Assembly (NCBI GenBank): GCA_035559535.1
Contig: DATMBG010000032.1
Span: forward strand, 62,001 to 126,000
Source: Candidatus Limnocylindrales bacterium
Lineage (GTDB): Bacteria; Moduliflexota; Moduliflexia; Moduliflexales; JAUQPW01
Direction of reading: 5' to 3'
Length of the DNA: 64,000 nt
How positions within the stretch are numbered: position 1 is the stretch's first letter; every line of letters starts with the position of its first letter. The notes beneath the pieces were generated by a model. The model ran no database searches, was not told the DNA's origin, and worked only from the letters and a program-made list of their open reading frames with translations. The position numbers and the translations under genes were made by a program. Shown one piece after another: positions 1 to 10,583 of the stretch.

Positions 1-316
1 GGATTTTATAAGGGATCGTTCTGAAGGCAGCCGCTACGGCCCCCCGTTGTTGAAAGGCATTACCCCGGAAGCGACTGAGTCCTTTCACACCAAAAGAAAA
101 ATCCAACTCATTATTTTCCTCAAAGGTATGTTTTTGTGAATCGGTTAAAACGCTATAGACCAGCCGCTTGGTATCTGCCGGGGTGAGAGGTTCTTCCCCA
201 TCGATGGGAATCAGGCTCCCATCTATACGGATTTGGGGAGGAGAACCACTGGTAATATGTAAATCCGAAGCACCCCGTTCAAACATTATTCTGAGTAACT
301 CATGCAGATCGGACAT
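1..316 (-). CDS. pilT: Type IV pilus retraction ATPase PilT (N-terminal part; runs off window start)
   Basis: Not in ORF track. Reading minus strand from ATG at 316 gives MSDLHELLRIMFERGASDLHITSGSPPQIRIDG...ELDFSFGVKGLSRFRGNAFQQRG, the typical PilT N-terminus; directly downstream of pilB. Confidence 0.92.
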   Translation of the reverse strand, partial: MSDLHELLRIMFERGASDLHITSGSPPQIRIDGSLIPIDGEEPLTPADTKRLVYSVLTDSQKHTFEENNELDFSFGVKGLSRFRGNAFQQRGAVAAAFRTIPYKI

Positions 317-318
317 AC

Positions 319-2133
319 TTAATCTCCTAAGGTAACACTTAAAACCTGTTCCAGAGAGGTAATCCCTTCTTTAAGTTTGGCAAGTCCACTGGCCCTCAGG
401 GTTAACATTCCGTTTTGAATAGCCTGAGCTTTCAATTCATCGGTCGAGGCTCCCCTCAGGATTAACTCCCGAATATTGGGTTTGACGACCATGACCTCAT
501 ACAGAGCAATACGCCCCTTATACCCCGTCTTATTACACATTTCACACCCTTTACCCTTGTAAGGCGTAATGGTTCTGGCTTCTTCCTCACTCAATCCAGC
601 TCGAATGAGGACATCCATAGGAAGTTTTTCAGGTTCCTTACATTTTTGGCATATTTTCTTCAGCAATCTTTGCGCCACAATCAATAAGACCGAAGACGCT
701 ACCAGAAAAGGCTCTATCCCCATATTTAAAAGGCGATTCACCGTGCTGGGGGCATCATTGGTATGAAGGGTACTCAAGACTAAATGCCCGGTAAGAGCGG
801 CTTTGATGGCTATTTCAGCCGTTTCAAAATCTCGTATCTCCCCAACCAGAATAATATCCGGATCCTGGCGCAGGAAAGCCCTCAAGGCACTGGCAAAGGT
901 AAGACCCACATCTTCCCGCATCTGCACCTGATTGATTCCCATAAGATTAAACTCTACCGGATCCTCAGCCGTCACAATGTTTACATCGGTGGTATTTAAC
1001 GACTGCAAGGCCGAATAAAGGGTCGTTGTTTTACCACTTCCCGTGGGTCCGGTTACCAGGATCATTCCGTAAGGTTTACGAATTGCCTCCTTAAAGTCTT
1101 CCAGGGATTGAGGTTCAAACCCGAGTTTGGTTAAGTCCAGTTGTAAGGTAGATTTATCCAGTAACCGTAAAACAATTTTTTCTCCAAACAGGGTGGGAAG
1201 CGTAGAAACCCGAAAATCGATCTCTTTTTTCTTACCCAGTTTCAATTTGATACGCCCATCCTGGGGGAGCCGTTTCTCCGCGATGTCCAGGTTGGACATA
1301 ATTTTAATTCTGGAGACCACGGAATTCTTTAAAGTAAGCGGTAAACTCATGACCGGATACAGGTCCCCATCCAGTCGATACCGAACTCTGAAAACTTTTT
1401 CATAAGGCTCGATATGGATATCGCTGACTTTCCTTTGTACAGCATTGAGAAGGATCCCGTTCACAAGCTTTACAATGGGGGCATCCACCTCGGTAATAAC
1501 CCCTTCCTCCTCTTTTTCTTCTACCACCTCGACATTTTCTATGGCTCCCTTAACAATTTTATCAAATTCATTAATATCGACGGTGGGACTCATCTCCATT
1601 TCTATGGTATCCCCCTCGATCTCATCTTCCGTCATGGAGAAATCCTTATAATTAATCGCTTCGACCTTCTTTTCTTCTTGTCCTTCAGAGGCGGCTGCTT
1701 TTTTATCCTTTTTACCGTAATGTCGATTAATTGCTTCTATGATAGAGCTTTCAGAGGCAACGACCGGCTCGATGTTGTAATTCGTCATAAACTTGATATC
1801 ATCCATGGCGAAAACATCGGAGGGGTCTGCCATAGCAAGGGTCAAGATATTTCCCACACGACTGATGGGAATGACCATATACTTCTTAGCTACGGAAACC
1901 GGGATAGTCTCAAGAACCGACTCTTCAATATGAAAAGTATCTAAATCGATGGCAGGAACTCCAAACTGACTACTTAAACAGGAAAGGATCGAGTCTTCAT
2001 TCACAAACCCCATTTTAACCAGAACGGAACCCAGACGACCTCCCGAGTTCTTTTGTTCCTGCACAGCCTGTTGCAATTGTTGTCGTGTAATTAAATTTGC
2101 TTTTAAGAGAATTTCTCCAATTTTCTCGGCCAT
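319..2133 (-). CDS. pilB: Type IV-A pilus assembly ATPase PilB
   Basis: MshEN-like N-terminus (KIGEILL...RLGSVLV), SDIHIEP, Walker A GPTGSGKTT, LRQDPDIILVGEIRD, tetracysteine Zn motif. Confidence 0.95.
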   Translation of the reverse strand: MAEKIGEILLKANLITRQQLQQAVQEQKNSGGRLGSVLVKMGFVNEDSILSCLSSQFGVPAIDLDTFHIEESVLETIPVSVAKKYMVIPISRVGNILTLAMADPSDVFAMDDIKFMTNYNIEPVVASESSIIEAINRHYGKKDKKAAASEGQEEKKVEAINYKDFSMTEDEIEGDTIEMEMSPTVDINEFDKIVKGAIENVEVVEEKEEEGVITEVDAPIVKLVNGILLNAVQRKVSDIHIEPYEKVFRVRYRLDGDLYPVMSLPLTLKNSVVSRIKIMSNLDIAEKRLPQDGRIKLKLGKKKEIDFRVSTLPTLFGEKIVLRLLDKSTLQLDLTKLGFEPQSLEDFKEAIRKPYGMILVTGPTGSGKTTTLYSALQSLNTTDVNIVTAEDPVEFNLMGINQVQMREDVGLTFASALRAFLRQDPDIILVGEIRDFETAEIAIKAALTGHLVLSTLHTNDAPSTVNRLLNMGIEPFLVASSVLLIVAQRLLKKICQKCKEPEKLPMDVLIRAGLSEEEARTITPYKGKGCEMCNKTGYKGRIALYEVMVVKPNIRELILRGASTDELKAQAIQNGMLTLRASGLAKLKEGITSLEQVLSVTLGD

Positions 2134-2350
2134 TTAAGTATTACCCCTTTTAATCAGAATAAAATACAGACAGGTTCTTTACTGACCTGTTAGGTTTGTT
2201 ATCTTTTTGAAGGAATGAGAGTTTTTAATCCAACTTAGAGAAAGATAATTGAAAGACAGTTGGTCGTTTTTATTACTGTAATTAAGCTGAATTGTCAAGA
2301 AAATTTCTCCCCCCTTACACCCCGGGTCTTCTTTAAGATGCCTTTCATCT

Positions 2351-3232
2351 TCAGATAACCGGGGATGACAAAGGATTTTTTGATGATTTGAGTAAAGCTG
2401 CCTTCATAACTTCTATGGGAGGAGGGATTTGGGTCCATAGTTGGAAGGCCAGCGCACCCTGGTAAACCAACATACCCAACCCGTTGATGATTTTTGCTCC
2501 TTGACTTTCCGCCATTTCCAGGAATTTTGTTTTAGGAGGTTTATAGATCAGATCACATACCGTTTGTTTCTCGGAAACCCCGATAATATCTACCGGAGAG
2601 ACTCCTGGAGGAGACATGCCTACCGAGGTCGTCTGGACAATGATATCCACCTGGTTGAGGTAGGGTTTTAAGGTCCGAGGGTTAAACTCCAGAACCTGTA
2701 CCTGCGCCAGAGAAGTCCGGTCTTGGATATCACGAGCCAGACGTTCAGCCTTTTCAGACGTCCGATTGCTAATAAAAATAGCCGAAACCCCCTCTAAAGC
2801 CAATTGCATCCCTACCGCTCTGGCAGCTCCGCCGGCTCCTAGAAGGAGGATTTTCTTTCCTTTGGGTTCGACATTTTCAACCCGAAGGGATTCGATGAAA
2901 CCCTTACCATCTGTATTATAACCTTTAAGGGTTTGACCTTGAACCACAACGGTATTTACAGCCCCAATGACCTGAGCCTCGGGATCCAATTCATCTAAAT
3001 AATCTAAGATTCTCTCCTTATGGGGAATAGTTATATTAACCCCCAGGATCCCTAAACTGGGCAAGGATCTTATCGCGGTTGATAGATTTTCAGGGGTTAC
3101 CCGAAAAGGTAGATACACATACTCTAACTTTAAAGCCTGAAAGGCAGCATTATGCATCTGTGGAGAGAGAGTATGATGAATAGGATCCCCGAAGATTCCT
3201 ACAATTTTTGTAGAACCAGAGATGTCTCCCAT
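2351..3232 (-). CDS. aroE: Shikimate dehydrogenase
   Basis: HTLSPQMHN, NITIPHK, GAVNT, NTDG, GAGGAA motifs. Confidence 0.95.
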   Translation of the reverse strand: MGDISGSTKIVGIFGDPIHHTLSPQMHNAAFQALKLEYVYLPFRVTPENLSTAIRSLPSLGILGVNITIPHKERILDYLDELDPEAQVIGAVNTVVVQGQTLKGYNTDGKGFIESLRVENVEPKGKKILLLGAGGAARAVGMQLALEGVSAIFISNRTSEKAERLARDIQDRTSLAQVQVLEFNPRTLKPYLNQVDIIVQTTSVGMSPPGVSPVDIIGVSEKQTVCDLIYKPPKTKFLEMAESQGAKIINGLGMLVYQGALAFQLWTQIPPPIEVMKAALLKSSKNPLSSPVI

Positions 3233-3370
3233 GTTTCATTACCAAATTTAAACAAAACCTCTTCGTAAAATCGCCTATGCAAACTAAGGGCCATTGAAAA
3301 AGGGGGGAGAACCGGATTCCTTCCCGGACGATTCTTCGATCCTTTCCCCTGGGCGTCAAATAATTGGACT

Positions 3371-4057
3371 TTAGAGTTTATCATATTCCCGCCGTAGGGC
3401 CTTCATATCTTCCCAAACTAATCGTTTATCTTGAGGATTTCTGAGCAGATAAGCCGGATGGAAGGTGACCATAAGTTTCATATTTTTGTATGAATAAAAT
3501 TTCCCACGTAGTTTAGAAATAGGTACTTTGGTTTTGAGAAGAGTTTGGGCAGCGAAAGTTCCCAGGGCACAGATGAGCTTAGGCCGAATGGCTTCTAGCT
3601 GCTGAATGAGGAAGGGTTCACAGGAAGCAATTTCATCGGGCTCTGGATTTCGGTTTCCAGGAGGTCTGCATTTTACTACGTTGGCTATGTAAACCTCTTC
3701 ACGGGTCAACCCAATGGATTCTATGATTTTGGTAAGAAGTTGTCCGGCTTTACCTACAAAGGGTTTGCCCTGGATATCTTCCTCATAACCGGGAGCTTCA
3801 CCGATAAAAACCAGCTTTGCCTGTTTATTTCCGGTTCCAAAGACAATGTGATGCCGTCCCTTATGAAGTTTACATCGCCGGCAGTCCCCTAAACGTTGTT
3901 CCACCTCCTCTAAAGAGAGACGGACCTGTGAGGAAACTGGAGAGCGCCGAATCTGAAGATGGGTAAGTCCCATATTTTTATGGAAAATGAGATGGTCTTT
4001 GATTTGAGAAAGTAAGGCTACATATTCCCGGTACAATTTGGGGTCCATAGTATTCAT
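3371..4057 (-). CDS. Uracil-DNA glycosylase family 4 ([4Fe-4S])
   Basis: CRRC, GEAPG, FVGKAG, KCRPP, HPAYLLR motifs; start chosen at ATG 4057 (4048 also possible). Confidence 0.92.
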   Translation of the reverse strand: MNTMDPKLYREYVALLSQIKDHLIFHKNMGLTHLQIRRSPVSSQVRLSLEEVEQRLGDCRRCKLHKGRHHIVFGTGNKQAKLVFIGEAPGYEEDIQGKPFVGKAGQLLTKIIESIGLTREEVYIANVVKCRPPGNRNPEPDEIASCEPFLIQQLEAIRPKLICALGTFAAQTLLKTKVPISKLRGKFYSYKNMKLMVTFHPAYLLRNPQDKRLVWEDMKALRREYDKL

Positions 4058-4138
4058 CTTAAGAGATTCTTTAAAAGAAGTCAATCCTCTAGACTAGTGG
4101 TATCTGTACCTCTTCAGTAGGTAGAAGAAGAAACCCCT

Positions 4139-4215
4139 CCCTCACCTTCCATCCCCACAGGCGCCAGGATAAGAAGGTTAACCCCGGCGAGGCGACCTGG
4201 GAGGGGTCGCCCTGC
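4139..4215. repeat. Dispersed intergenic repeat, copy 1 (inverted copy at 19287-19365)
   Basis: Core GCCAGGATAAGAAGGTTAACCCCGGCG (4163-4189) matches the reverse complement of 19312-19338 at 26/27 nt; both are preceded by CCTCACC and followed by a GC-rich hairpin. Confidence 0.8.
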
Positions 4216-4297
4216 CAGTTATGTTATAGGGCATTTCTATTTAGATTTAACCTTAGACCGACGAAGAAAAAGAAGTTTTCAAAAGTTCCAACACTTC

Positions 4298-7200
4298 TCA
4301 AGATTCATTGTAGGGTCTCAGGTGCGGTTCGCTCTTTCCCACCTTTTCTATCTGAGCCTGGGCGAAGGCTTTGATTCGCTCGCTCACACGTTCACGAACC
4401 CGGATTTTGCCAAAATCCCTGGAGCGGGAAAAGAGGGAATAGAAGACCGGCACGGCTAAGAGGGTTAACAACAGGCAGAGGGATTGACCTCCCACCACAA
4501 GGACGCCAATAGACCGGTTAGTGCCTAAACCCGGTCCAGTTGAAAGGACTAAAGGCATCATCCCAGCCACAAGGGCGATAGTTGTCATTAAAATAGGACG
4601 TAGACGATCCCGGTTCGCCTGCAGAATGGCATCCATCAGCTTCATACCCTTTGCCCGGAGTTCATTGGTATGATCTATCTGTAAAATGGCGTTTTTCTTC
4701 ACAATTCCAAAAAGGAGCAAAATTCCAAGGCCGGAGAAAATATTTACCGTTTGTCCCATGACCAGCAAAGAAAGGATCCCGAAGGGAATCGAAAGGGGTA
4801 AGGTAAGGAGGATGGTTACCGGGTGGATGAACGATTCAAATTGTGCGGCCAATACCATGTACATAAAGATGAAGGATAGGGCAAAGGCCAGCATAAAGTA
4901 ATAACCGGTGCGTCCCAGTTCCCGGGACCGACCGGCCAGACCTGTGGTATAACCGGGCTCCAGATTCATCTGCTTCACGAACTGGTTCATCTGATCAATT
5001 ACCGCAGCCTGAGACCCGCCCGGTTTAACATTGGCCATAAGCGTGACATTGCGTTCCCGGTTTTGACGATCGATGGCCGAGGGTCCTGTAGCCTCCACAA
5101 CCCGTACCACATGGTCCAGACTTACCGGGCCAAGCTTGCTGGAAGGGACCGTTATACGTTCCAGATCCCTGGCACTTGTCCGATACTCTCCCATGGCACG
5201 TAGACGCACATCGTATTGATCAGTTCCTTCATTGTAGGTAGAAACCACTTGTCCGGCGATCAGTAAGTTCAAGGCCTGGGCCACATCGTTAACACTCACC
5301 CCTAAATCGGCTGCAAGCTCCCGATCTATGACCACACGCAATTCGGGTTTACCGACAATCAGTGAGGAGTCCACGTCTACCACATCTGGAATGGTTTTCA
5401 TCTTCTGAAGTAATTCTTCTGAATAAACCGTCAGTTTTTGAAGCTCCGGACCGTAAATGACAAACATAATGTCGGCATTACGCGCTCCCCCGCCTCCGAT
5501 ATTGGAGACCGGCTGTACACTCGTACGGAGTTCGCCGGGGTAATTCTTTAAGAGTTCGCGGGCCTGTTCCATGAGTTCCTGTTGCGAAAGTTCCCGCGCC
5601 TGGATCGGTTTGAGTTTCACATAGATCGTAGCCGTATTGACCAGCTCCTGAGCTCCACCCCCCACGGTGGTTAAGGTATGGGTAACCCCGGGTAACTGAC
5701 GTACCGCTGTCGCAATGCTTTCAACAATATCGGACGTGTAGCTCAGGGAAGATCCTTCAGGGGTACGCAGGGTTATTTCAAATTCAGATTGATCATCTAC
5801 CGGCAGGAAATTTTTGCCGACCGCTTTAAACAAGGGAACAATACTGACAATTACCAGCAAACACAACCCTATGATCACCCATCGATGTCGTAGGGACCAC
5901 TTCAATAACCCCATATAACTTCGATCAATGGGACGGTAAAAAAAGGACTCCTTGGATCCACTCCCCGGGGGTTGGGCTTTCTCCGAAGATTTAATAAATC
6001 TTGCACAGAGCATAGGCGTCAGTGTAAACGAGACCAGCAAGGAAACGGCGATAGCAAAGGACGAGGTCAATCCAAACGAGGACATAAACCGCCCGACAAT
6101 ACCTCCCATGAAGCCCACCGGCAAAAAGACCGCCAAAAGCGAAAGCGTGGTGGCCATAACGGCCAGGCCGATCTCCCGAGTCCCTTCGATGGCAGCCTGA
6201 AAGGGGGGAAGCTTTTTCTCTTCGATGAATCGGTAGATATTTTCCAGCACGACAATGGCATCATCAATCACAATACCCACCATCAACGTGAGTGCCAGCA
6301 TGGTAATCTGGTTCAGGGTATAATCCATGGCCGCCATGGCACCGAAAGTCGCAATAATAGAGGTAGGAATGGCAACGGCAGCAATCAAGGTCGAGCGTAG
6401 ATTCCAAAGGAAGAGAAAAACAACCAGGGCTGCCAGGAGTCCCCCTTCCACCAGGTGGGTTTCGATGGCTTCAACGGCTGCTTTGATAAAAACAGATTGG
6501 TCCCCGACGATTTCAACCCGCACATCAGGAGGGAGTGTGGGGGAAATCTCGGCTAATCGTTCTTTAACAGCATTGGCTACGGCGACGGTGTTAGTACCTG
6601 ACTGTTTCAAAACAAGGAGGGTTACCGCAGGCTGTTGGTTCAAACGCGAAACCGTTCGTTGTTCCTTTGTTCCATCCTCGGCATATCCTATATCGCTTAA
6701 TTTAACCACATAAGAACCTCGGGTGGCAATGGCAAGGTTATTAAAGTCCGCCGGGTTGGTAATACGCCCCATGGTTCGTACCGTCAACTCCCGTGCACCC
6801 TGATCGACCCGTCCTCCGGGTATCTCGATGTTTTGCCTGCGTACAGCATTGGCGACTTCGGCAGCGGTTAGATTGTAAGCCCGCATCTTATCTGGATCAA
6901 CCCAGATCTGGATTTCCCGGGCTGCTCCACCGATAATCTGAACTTCACCCACTCCATTGACGTTCTCGATCCTTTTTTTGATCTGTTTATCGGCAATTTC
7001 GGTTACTTCTCGCAGTGAACGCGGTGCCGAAATGGCCACCCGTAGAATCGGTGAAGCATCTGTCTGAAACTTCTGTACTACCGGACGTTCAGCCGTATCC
7101 GGTAAGTCGGGAATAACTAAATCTACTTTGTCACGCACCTCCTGGGCTGCAACATCTGCATTCTTCTCCAGAACAAAGGAAATAAAAACCTGAGAAACCC

Positions 7201-7462
7201 CTTCCACCGAGGTCGAGCGTAGTTCATCAATTCCACTGATGGTATTGACGGCTGCCTCGATCTTTTCTGTGATTTCGGTTTCAATTTCCTGAGGCGATGC
7301 TCCAGGATTAGACACGGTCACGGTAATCATCGGTAAATCCACCTTTGGAAAAAGATCAACCCCCAACGTAAAAAACGAAAAGATCCCAACCACCGTCAAG
7401 GACAAAATCAACATGGTCGCAAAAACAGGACGGTGAATGCAGATCTCAGCCAATTTTTGCAT
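4298..7462 (-). CDS. RND efflux permease (AcrB/AcrD/AcrF family)
   Basis: 1054 aa; RPVFA N-terminus, GIVIDDAIVVLENIYR, GIVKKNAIL, RLRPILMTT motifs. Confidence 0.95.
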   Translation of the reverse strand: MQKLAEICIHRPVFATMLILSLTVVGIFSFFTLGVDLFPKVDLPMITVTVSNPGASPQEIETEITEKIEAAVNTISGIDELRSTSVEGVSQVFISFVLEKNADVAAQEVRDKVDLVIPDLPDTAERPVVQKFQTDASPILRVAISAPRSLREVTEIADKQIKKRIENVNGVGEVQIIGGAAREIQIWVDPDKMRAYNLTAAEVANAVRRQNIEIPGGRVDQGARELTVRTMGRITNPADFNNLAIATRGSYVVKLSDIGYAEDGTKEQRTVSRLNQQPAVTLLVLKQSGTNTVAVANAVKERLAEISPTLPPDVRVEIVGDQSVFIKAAVEAIETHLVEGGLLAALVVFLFLWNLRSTLIAAVAIPTSIIATFGAMAAMDYTLNQITMLALTLMVGIVIDDAIVVLENIYRFIEEKKLPPFQAAIEGTREIGLAVMATTLSLLAVFLPVGFMGGIVGRFMSSFGLTSSFAIAVSLLVSFTLTPMLCARFIKSSEKAQPPGSGSKESFFYRPIDRSYMGLLKWSLRHRWVIIGLCLLVIVSIVPLFKAVGKNFLPVDDQSEFEITLRTPEGSSLSYTSDIVESIATAVRQLPGVTHTLTTVGGGAQELVNTATIYVKLKPIQARELSQQELMEQARELLKNYPGELRTSVQPVSNIGGGGARNADIMFVIYGPELQKLTVYSEELLQKMKTIPDVVDVDSSLIVGKPELRVVIDRELAADLGVSVNDVAQALNLLIAGQVVSTYNEGTDQYDVRLRAMGEYRTSARDLERITVPSSKLGPVSLDHVVRVVEATGPSAIDRQNRERNVTLMANVKPGGSQAAVIDQMNQFVKQMNLEPGYTTGLAGRSRELGRTGYYFMLAFALSFIFMYMVLAAQFESFIHPVTILLTLPLSIPFGILSLLVMGQTVNIFSGLGILLLFGIVKKNAILQIDHTNELRAKGMKLMDAILQANRDRLRPILMTTIALVAGMMPLVLSTGPGLGTNRSIGVLVVGGQSLCLLLTLLAVPVFYSLFSRSRDFGKIRVRERVSERIKAFAQAQIEKVGKSEPHLRPYNES

Positions 7463-7802
7463 AACTCAAACTCCTTCTTACTCAATAAACATTAATCTGC
7501 AGAGCGATCAGACCGAATCGCCCTTAAACAGGGCCACCCCTCTCACCCTCCTTCAGGAGAGGGGGAAGGGGAGAGGTAGGCAATGTTTCTACCTAGAAAG
7601 GGTATTAGGATTTCAAGCCTAAAGGAAGAGAAATTTATAAACCCCGTCTTCCTCAGCCGGTGAGGTTCTTCCGGCCGGTTGTTTGATATTTTTAATAGCT
7701 CTATTTTGTTTTTTCCGGTTTATCAGGTACTTTTTAAAATAAAGGAAGTTTTAATTTGAAAGTCAAGGGGTAAGTTTTTAACTCTAAATAGCCGGATTAG
7801 GT

Positions 7803-7960
7803 GTATCCGTATCAATTTAGTCGGTGGAAAAAGAAACACCCCCTATCCCCCCCTCCAGGGGGGACTTCAGCAGCAGCAATCCCACGTCAGCCCCTCCCCC
7901 GGAGGGAGCCAGAGGGTATTCAGACAGAAAAAGTGACATCTACTAACTTGTTACAGTTAC
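7803..7960. mobile_element. Putative MITE-like element with imperfect terminal inverted repeats
   Basis: GTATCCGTATCAATTTAGT (7803-7821) vs reverse complement of 7942-7960 GTAACTGTAACAAGTTAGT, 15/19 identical; internal CCCCCCTCCAGGGGGG hairpin. Confidence 0.45.
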
Positions 7961-8105
7961 GGTTGGGTTTATTTTATTGAAAAATGTAATGGAAAGTAGT
8001 ATTATGGATGGCCGGCGAGAGAGAGTCTTATCTTCATAAGGACTTGTACCTGGAAATGGTTTAAAAGTCTGAAAAATTTCTCAGGTAAAGTTAAGAAACT
8101 ACCAT

Positions 8106-8525
8106 ATGATCAAAGCATGGGTTATTTATTCTATTCTGGCTTGCTTACTCTGGGGTGTTTTTCCCATTTTTCAAAAATCTTCGCTTAAATGGGTGGATCC
8201 TGTGTGGGCCTATTTATTTAGTACCGTAGGAGCCACCGCAACGACCTTCCTCCTGTTTCTTTTTTTTCGCTCTTCCCACACAGAAATCCATTCGGCAGGT
8301 GCTTTATTCGGTATTTTATCCGGGATTTCCGGGAGTTTGGGAGTTTTCTTTTTTCTCCTTTCTTTATCCCAGGGGGGAAAAGCCTCGATCATCGTCCCTT
8401 TTACGGCGCTTTATCCGGTTATTTCCATTATTCTGGGTCTGATCCTTTTCAACGAGACCATTTCTCTAACCCAGGGGATCGGAATTATCCTGGCTCTTAT
8501 TTCGGTGTTTCTTCTCTCCCTCTGA
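8106..8525 (+). CDS. EamA/DMT family small transporter
   Basis: 139 aa hydrophobic; LWG, GKASIIVPFTALYP, LFNETIS pattern. Confidence 0.85.
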   Translation: MIKAWVIYSILACLLWGVFPIFQKSSLKWVDPVWAYLFSTVGATATTFLLFLFFRSSHTEIHSAGALFGILSGISGSLGVFFFLLSLSQGGKASIIVPFTALYPVISIILGLILFNETISLTQGIGIILALISVFLLSL

Positions 8526-8575
8526 TTTTTTAAGCCCGGAAAGACCCCTTTTCCTGTGGAAGCGAACCCATTTCC

Positions 8576-8848
8576 CTAAGGCATGTACTCGGCCAGAGCC
8601 GTATCGAGTTCTGCCGGGTCTACCTGCTCTCCATTGTTTAGCCTTTGTAAGAATTGATTGATAATTGCCTTGGCTTCTTCTTTCCGGTAATTGCGAAGGA
8701 AACCTTCGTAAAAAGAATCTCCTGCCAGGGCCCGATTGATCTCCTGCTCTTTGTTATGCTCATTAAGCTCTGTAAAATAAACAACCCGATATTTTTTATC
8801 ATAACTGCGCTCGCGGTAAATTTCGAATAAAGTTTTATCCGATTCCAT
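8576..8848 (-). CDS. Hypothetical protein (90 aa)
   Basis: AAGGAG Shine-Dalgarno upstream; protein-like composition (YRVVYFTELNEHN). Confidence 0.7.
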   Translation of the reverse strand: MESDKTLFEIYRERSYDKKYRVVYFTELNEHNKEQEINRALAGDSFYEGFLRNYRKEEAKAIINQFLQRLNNGEQVDPAELDTALAEYMP

Positions 8849-9023
8849 AAGCCTATCAAACTCCTTTTATTGATCTGGGATGAATAATCCTTGAAAAAAG
8901 AAAGTCATTAACCTGTCCTCTATAAGGGAAAACTTATTGTCAAAATAAAGTTAAGGGTATTATTAATTAAGAGGTAATCAACAAGCGTATAAATGTCAAG
9001 ATAGTTTTGCTCAGGAGAAGGAT

Positions 9024-10454
9024 ATGCCCAGGACAAAAATCGTCTGTACCATCGGTCCAGCCTCTAGTTCCCCGGCTGTGTTAGAGCGATTGCTCCGTGC
9101 CGGGATGAATGTGGCCCGCCTGAACTTTTCCCACGGTACCCAAGCCGAGCATGGAAAGGTTATCCAGGATCTTCGACATCTTGCCGGGTTGCTGGAGCGA
9201 CCCCTTGCCATTCTCCAGGACCTGGCTGGACCGAAAATTCGAATTGGTCCCTTAAAAGACGGAGTGGTCCAACTCAAACCACAGGCCCTATTCACCCTCA
9301 CAAGCCGAAAAGTCCCCGGAGATGCCCGGGAGGTTTCCATTACTTATCCTGATTTACCCCATGAAGTTAAACCGGGAGATACCCTCTTACTCAACGATGG
9401 CTCTCTGGAGTTAAAGGTTCTGGAAACTTCCCACACGGATATCAAGTGCCAAGTCGTTGTAGGGGGGCCCCTCAGTTCCCACAAAGGGATTAACTTTCCA
9501 ACCAGTTCCATCCAGGCCCCGAGTTTAACCGAAAAAGATAAAGAAGATCTGATATTTGGAATTCGGCAGGGAGTTGATTACGTGGCGCTTTCTTTCGTTC
9601 GTAGTGCCCTAGATGTGCTGGAAGCGCGACGGTTCATTCAACAACATGGTGCCACGATTCCCATTATTGCCAAGATTGAAAAACATGAGGCCCTAAAGCA
9701 TATTGATGAGATTATGGAGGTCGTAGATGGGATTATGGTGGCCCGGGGAGATTTAGGTGTGGAGACCCCTTTGGAGAAGGTACCTATGGTACAGAAAATG
9801 TTGATTAAAAAATCAAATCGGTTGGGTAAACCGGTCATCACAGCCACCCAGATGTTACGTTCCATGGTCGATAGTCCCCGTCCAACCCGTGCAGAGGTAA
9901 CCGATGTAGCCAATGCTATTTTAGATGGAACCGATGCCGTTATGTTGTCCGAAGAGACTGCCAGTGGAAATTATCCGATTGAAGCCGTAGAGATGATGGT
10001 AAAGATTGCCGAAGATGTGGAATCAGGTTTTCTCTCCGATGTATGGCCCGATGTACGGCTGTCACACTGCCTGGAAGAAGAGAGTACCCCATCACTACCC
10101 GAAGCGGTAAGCCGCGCCGCCTGTCACCTGGCGGAAGATATTGACGCCAGTGCTATTATTACGTTTACCCAGACGGGTAATACCGCCCGCCTGGTTGCCA
10201 AATATCGACCCCGACAACAGATCCTGGCCCCGACTCCCGTAGCAAAAACCTATCGACAATTATCCCTGGTCTGGGGTGTAAAACCTATCTTGACGGAGGA
10301 AATGAAAAACACCGACGATATGATCGAAAAGGTATTCCTGGCGGCGTTGAAATCTCAGCTCGTCCAAATTGGAGAAAAAGTTGTTATCACGGCGGGAGTA
10401 CCCGTAGGAGTCCCGGGTACGACCAATCTGATCAAAGTGAAAGTATTATCCTGA
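9024..10454 (+). CDS. pyk: Pyruvate kinase
   Basis: RTKIVCTIGPAS, ARLNFSHG, MVARGDLG, TATQML, PTRAEVTDVANA. Confidence 0.97.
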   Translation: MPRTKIVCTIGPASSSPAVLERLLRAGMNVARLNFSHGTQAEHGKVIQDLRHLAGLLERPLAILQDLAGPKIRIGPLKDGVVQLKPQALFTLTSRKVPGDAREVSITYPDLPHEVKPGDTLLLNDGSLELKVLETSHTDIKCQVVVGGPLSSHKGINFPTSSIQAPSLTEKDKEDLIFGIRQGVDYVALSFVRSALDVLEARRFIQQHGATIPIIAKIEKHEALKHIDEIMEVVDGIMVARGDLGVETPLEKVPMVQKMLIKKSNRLGKPVITATQMLRSMVDSPRPTRAEVTDVANAILDGTDAVMLSEETASGNYPIEAVEMMVKIAEDVESGFLSDVWPDVRLSHCLEEESTPSLPEAVSRAACHLAEDIDASAIITFTQTGNTARLVAKYRPRQQILAPTPVAKTYRQLSLVWGVKPILTEEMKNTDDMIEKVFLAALKSQLVQIGEKVVITAGVPVGVPGTTNLIKVKVLS

Positions 10455-10583
10455 GCAGTCTATAAGTATCTCTCAGCTCACAAAAAGCTTCTCGCAGAGG
10501 CGTGGAGAGGATAAAGAAAAATCCCTACCATTTCCATAAGCACAAGGCAGGCTTTGCGCATTTGCGAGGGGTAATCGAAATCC

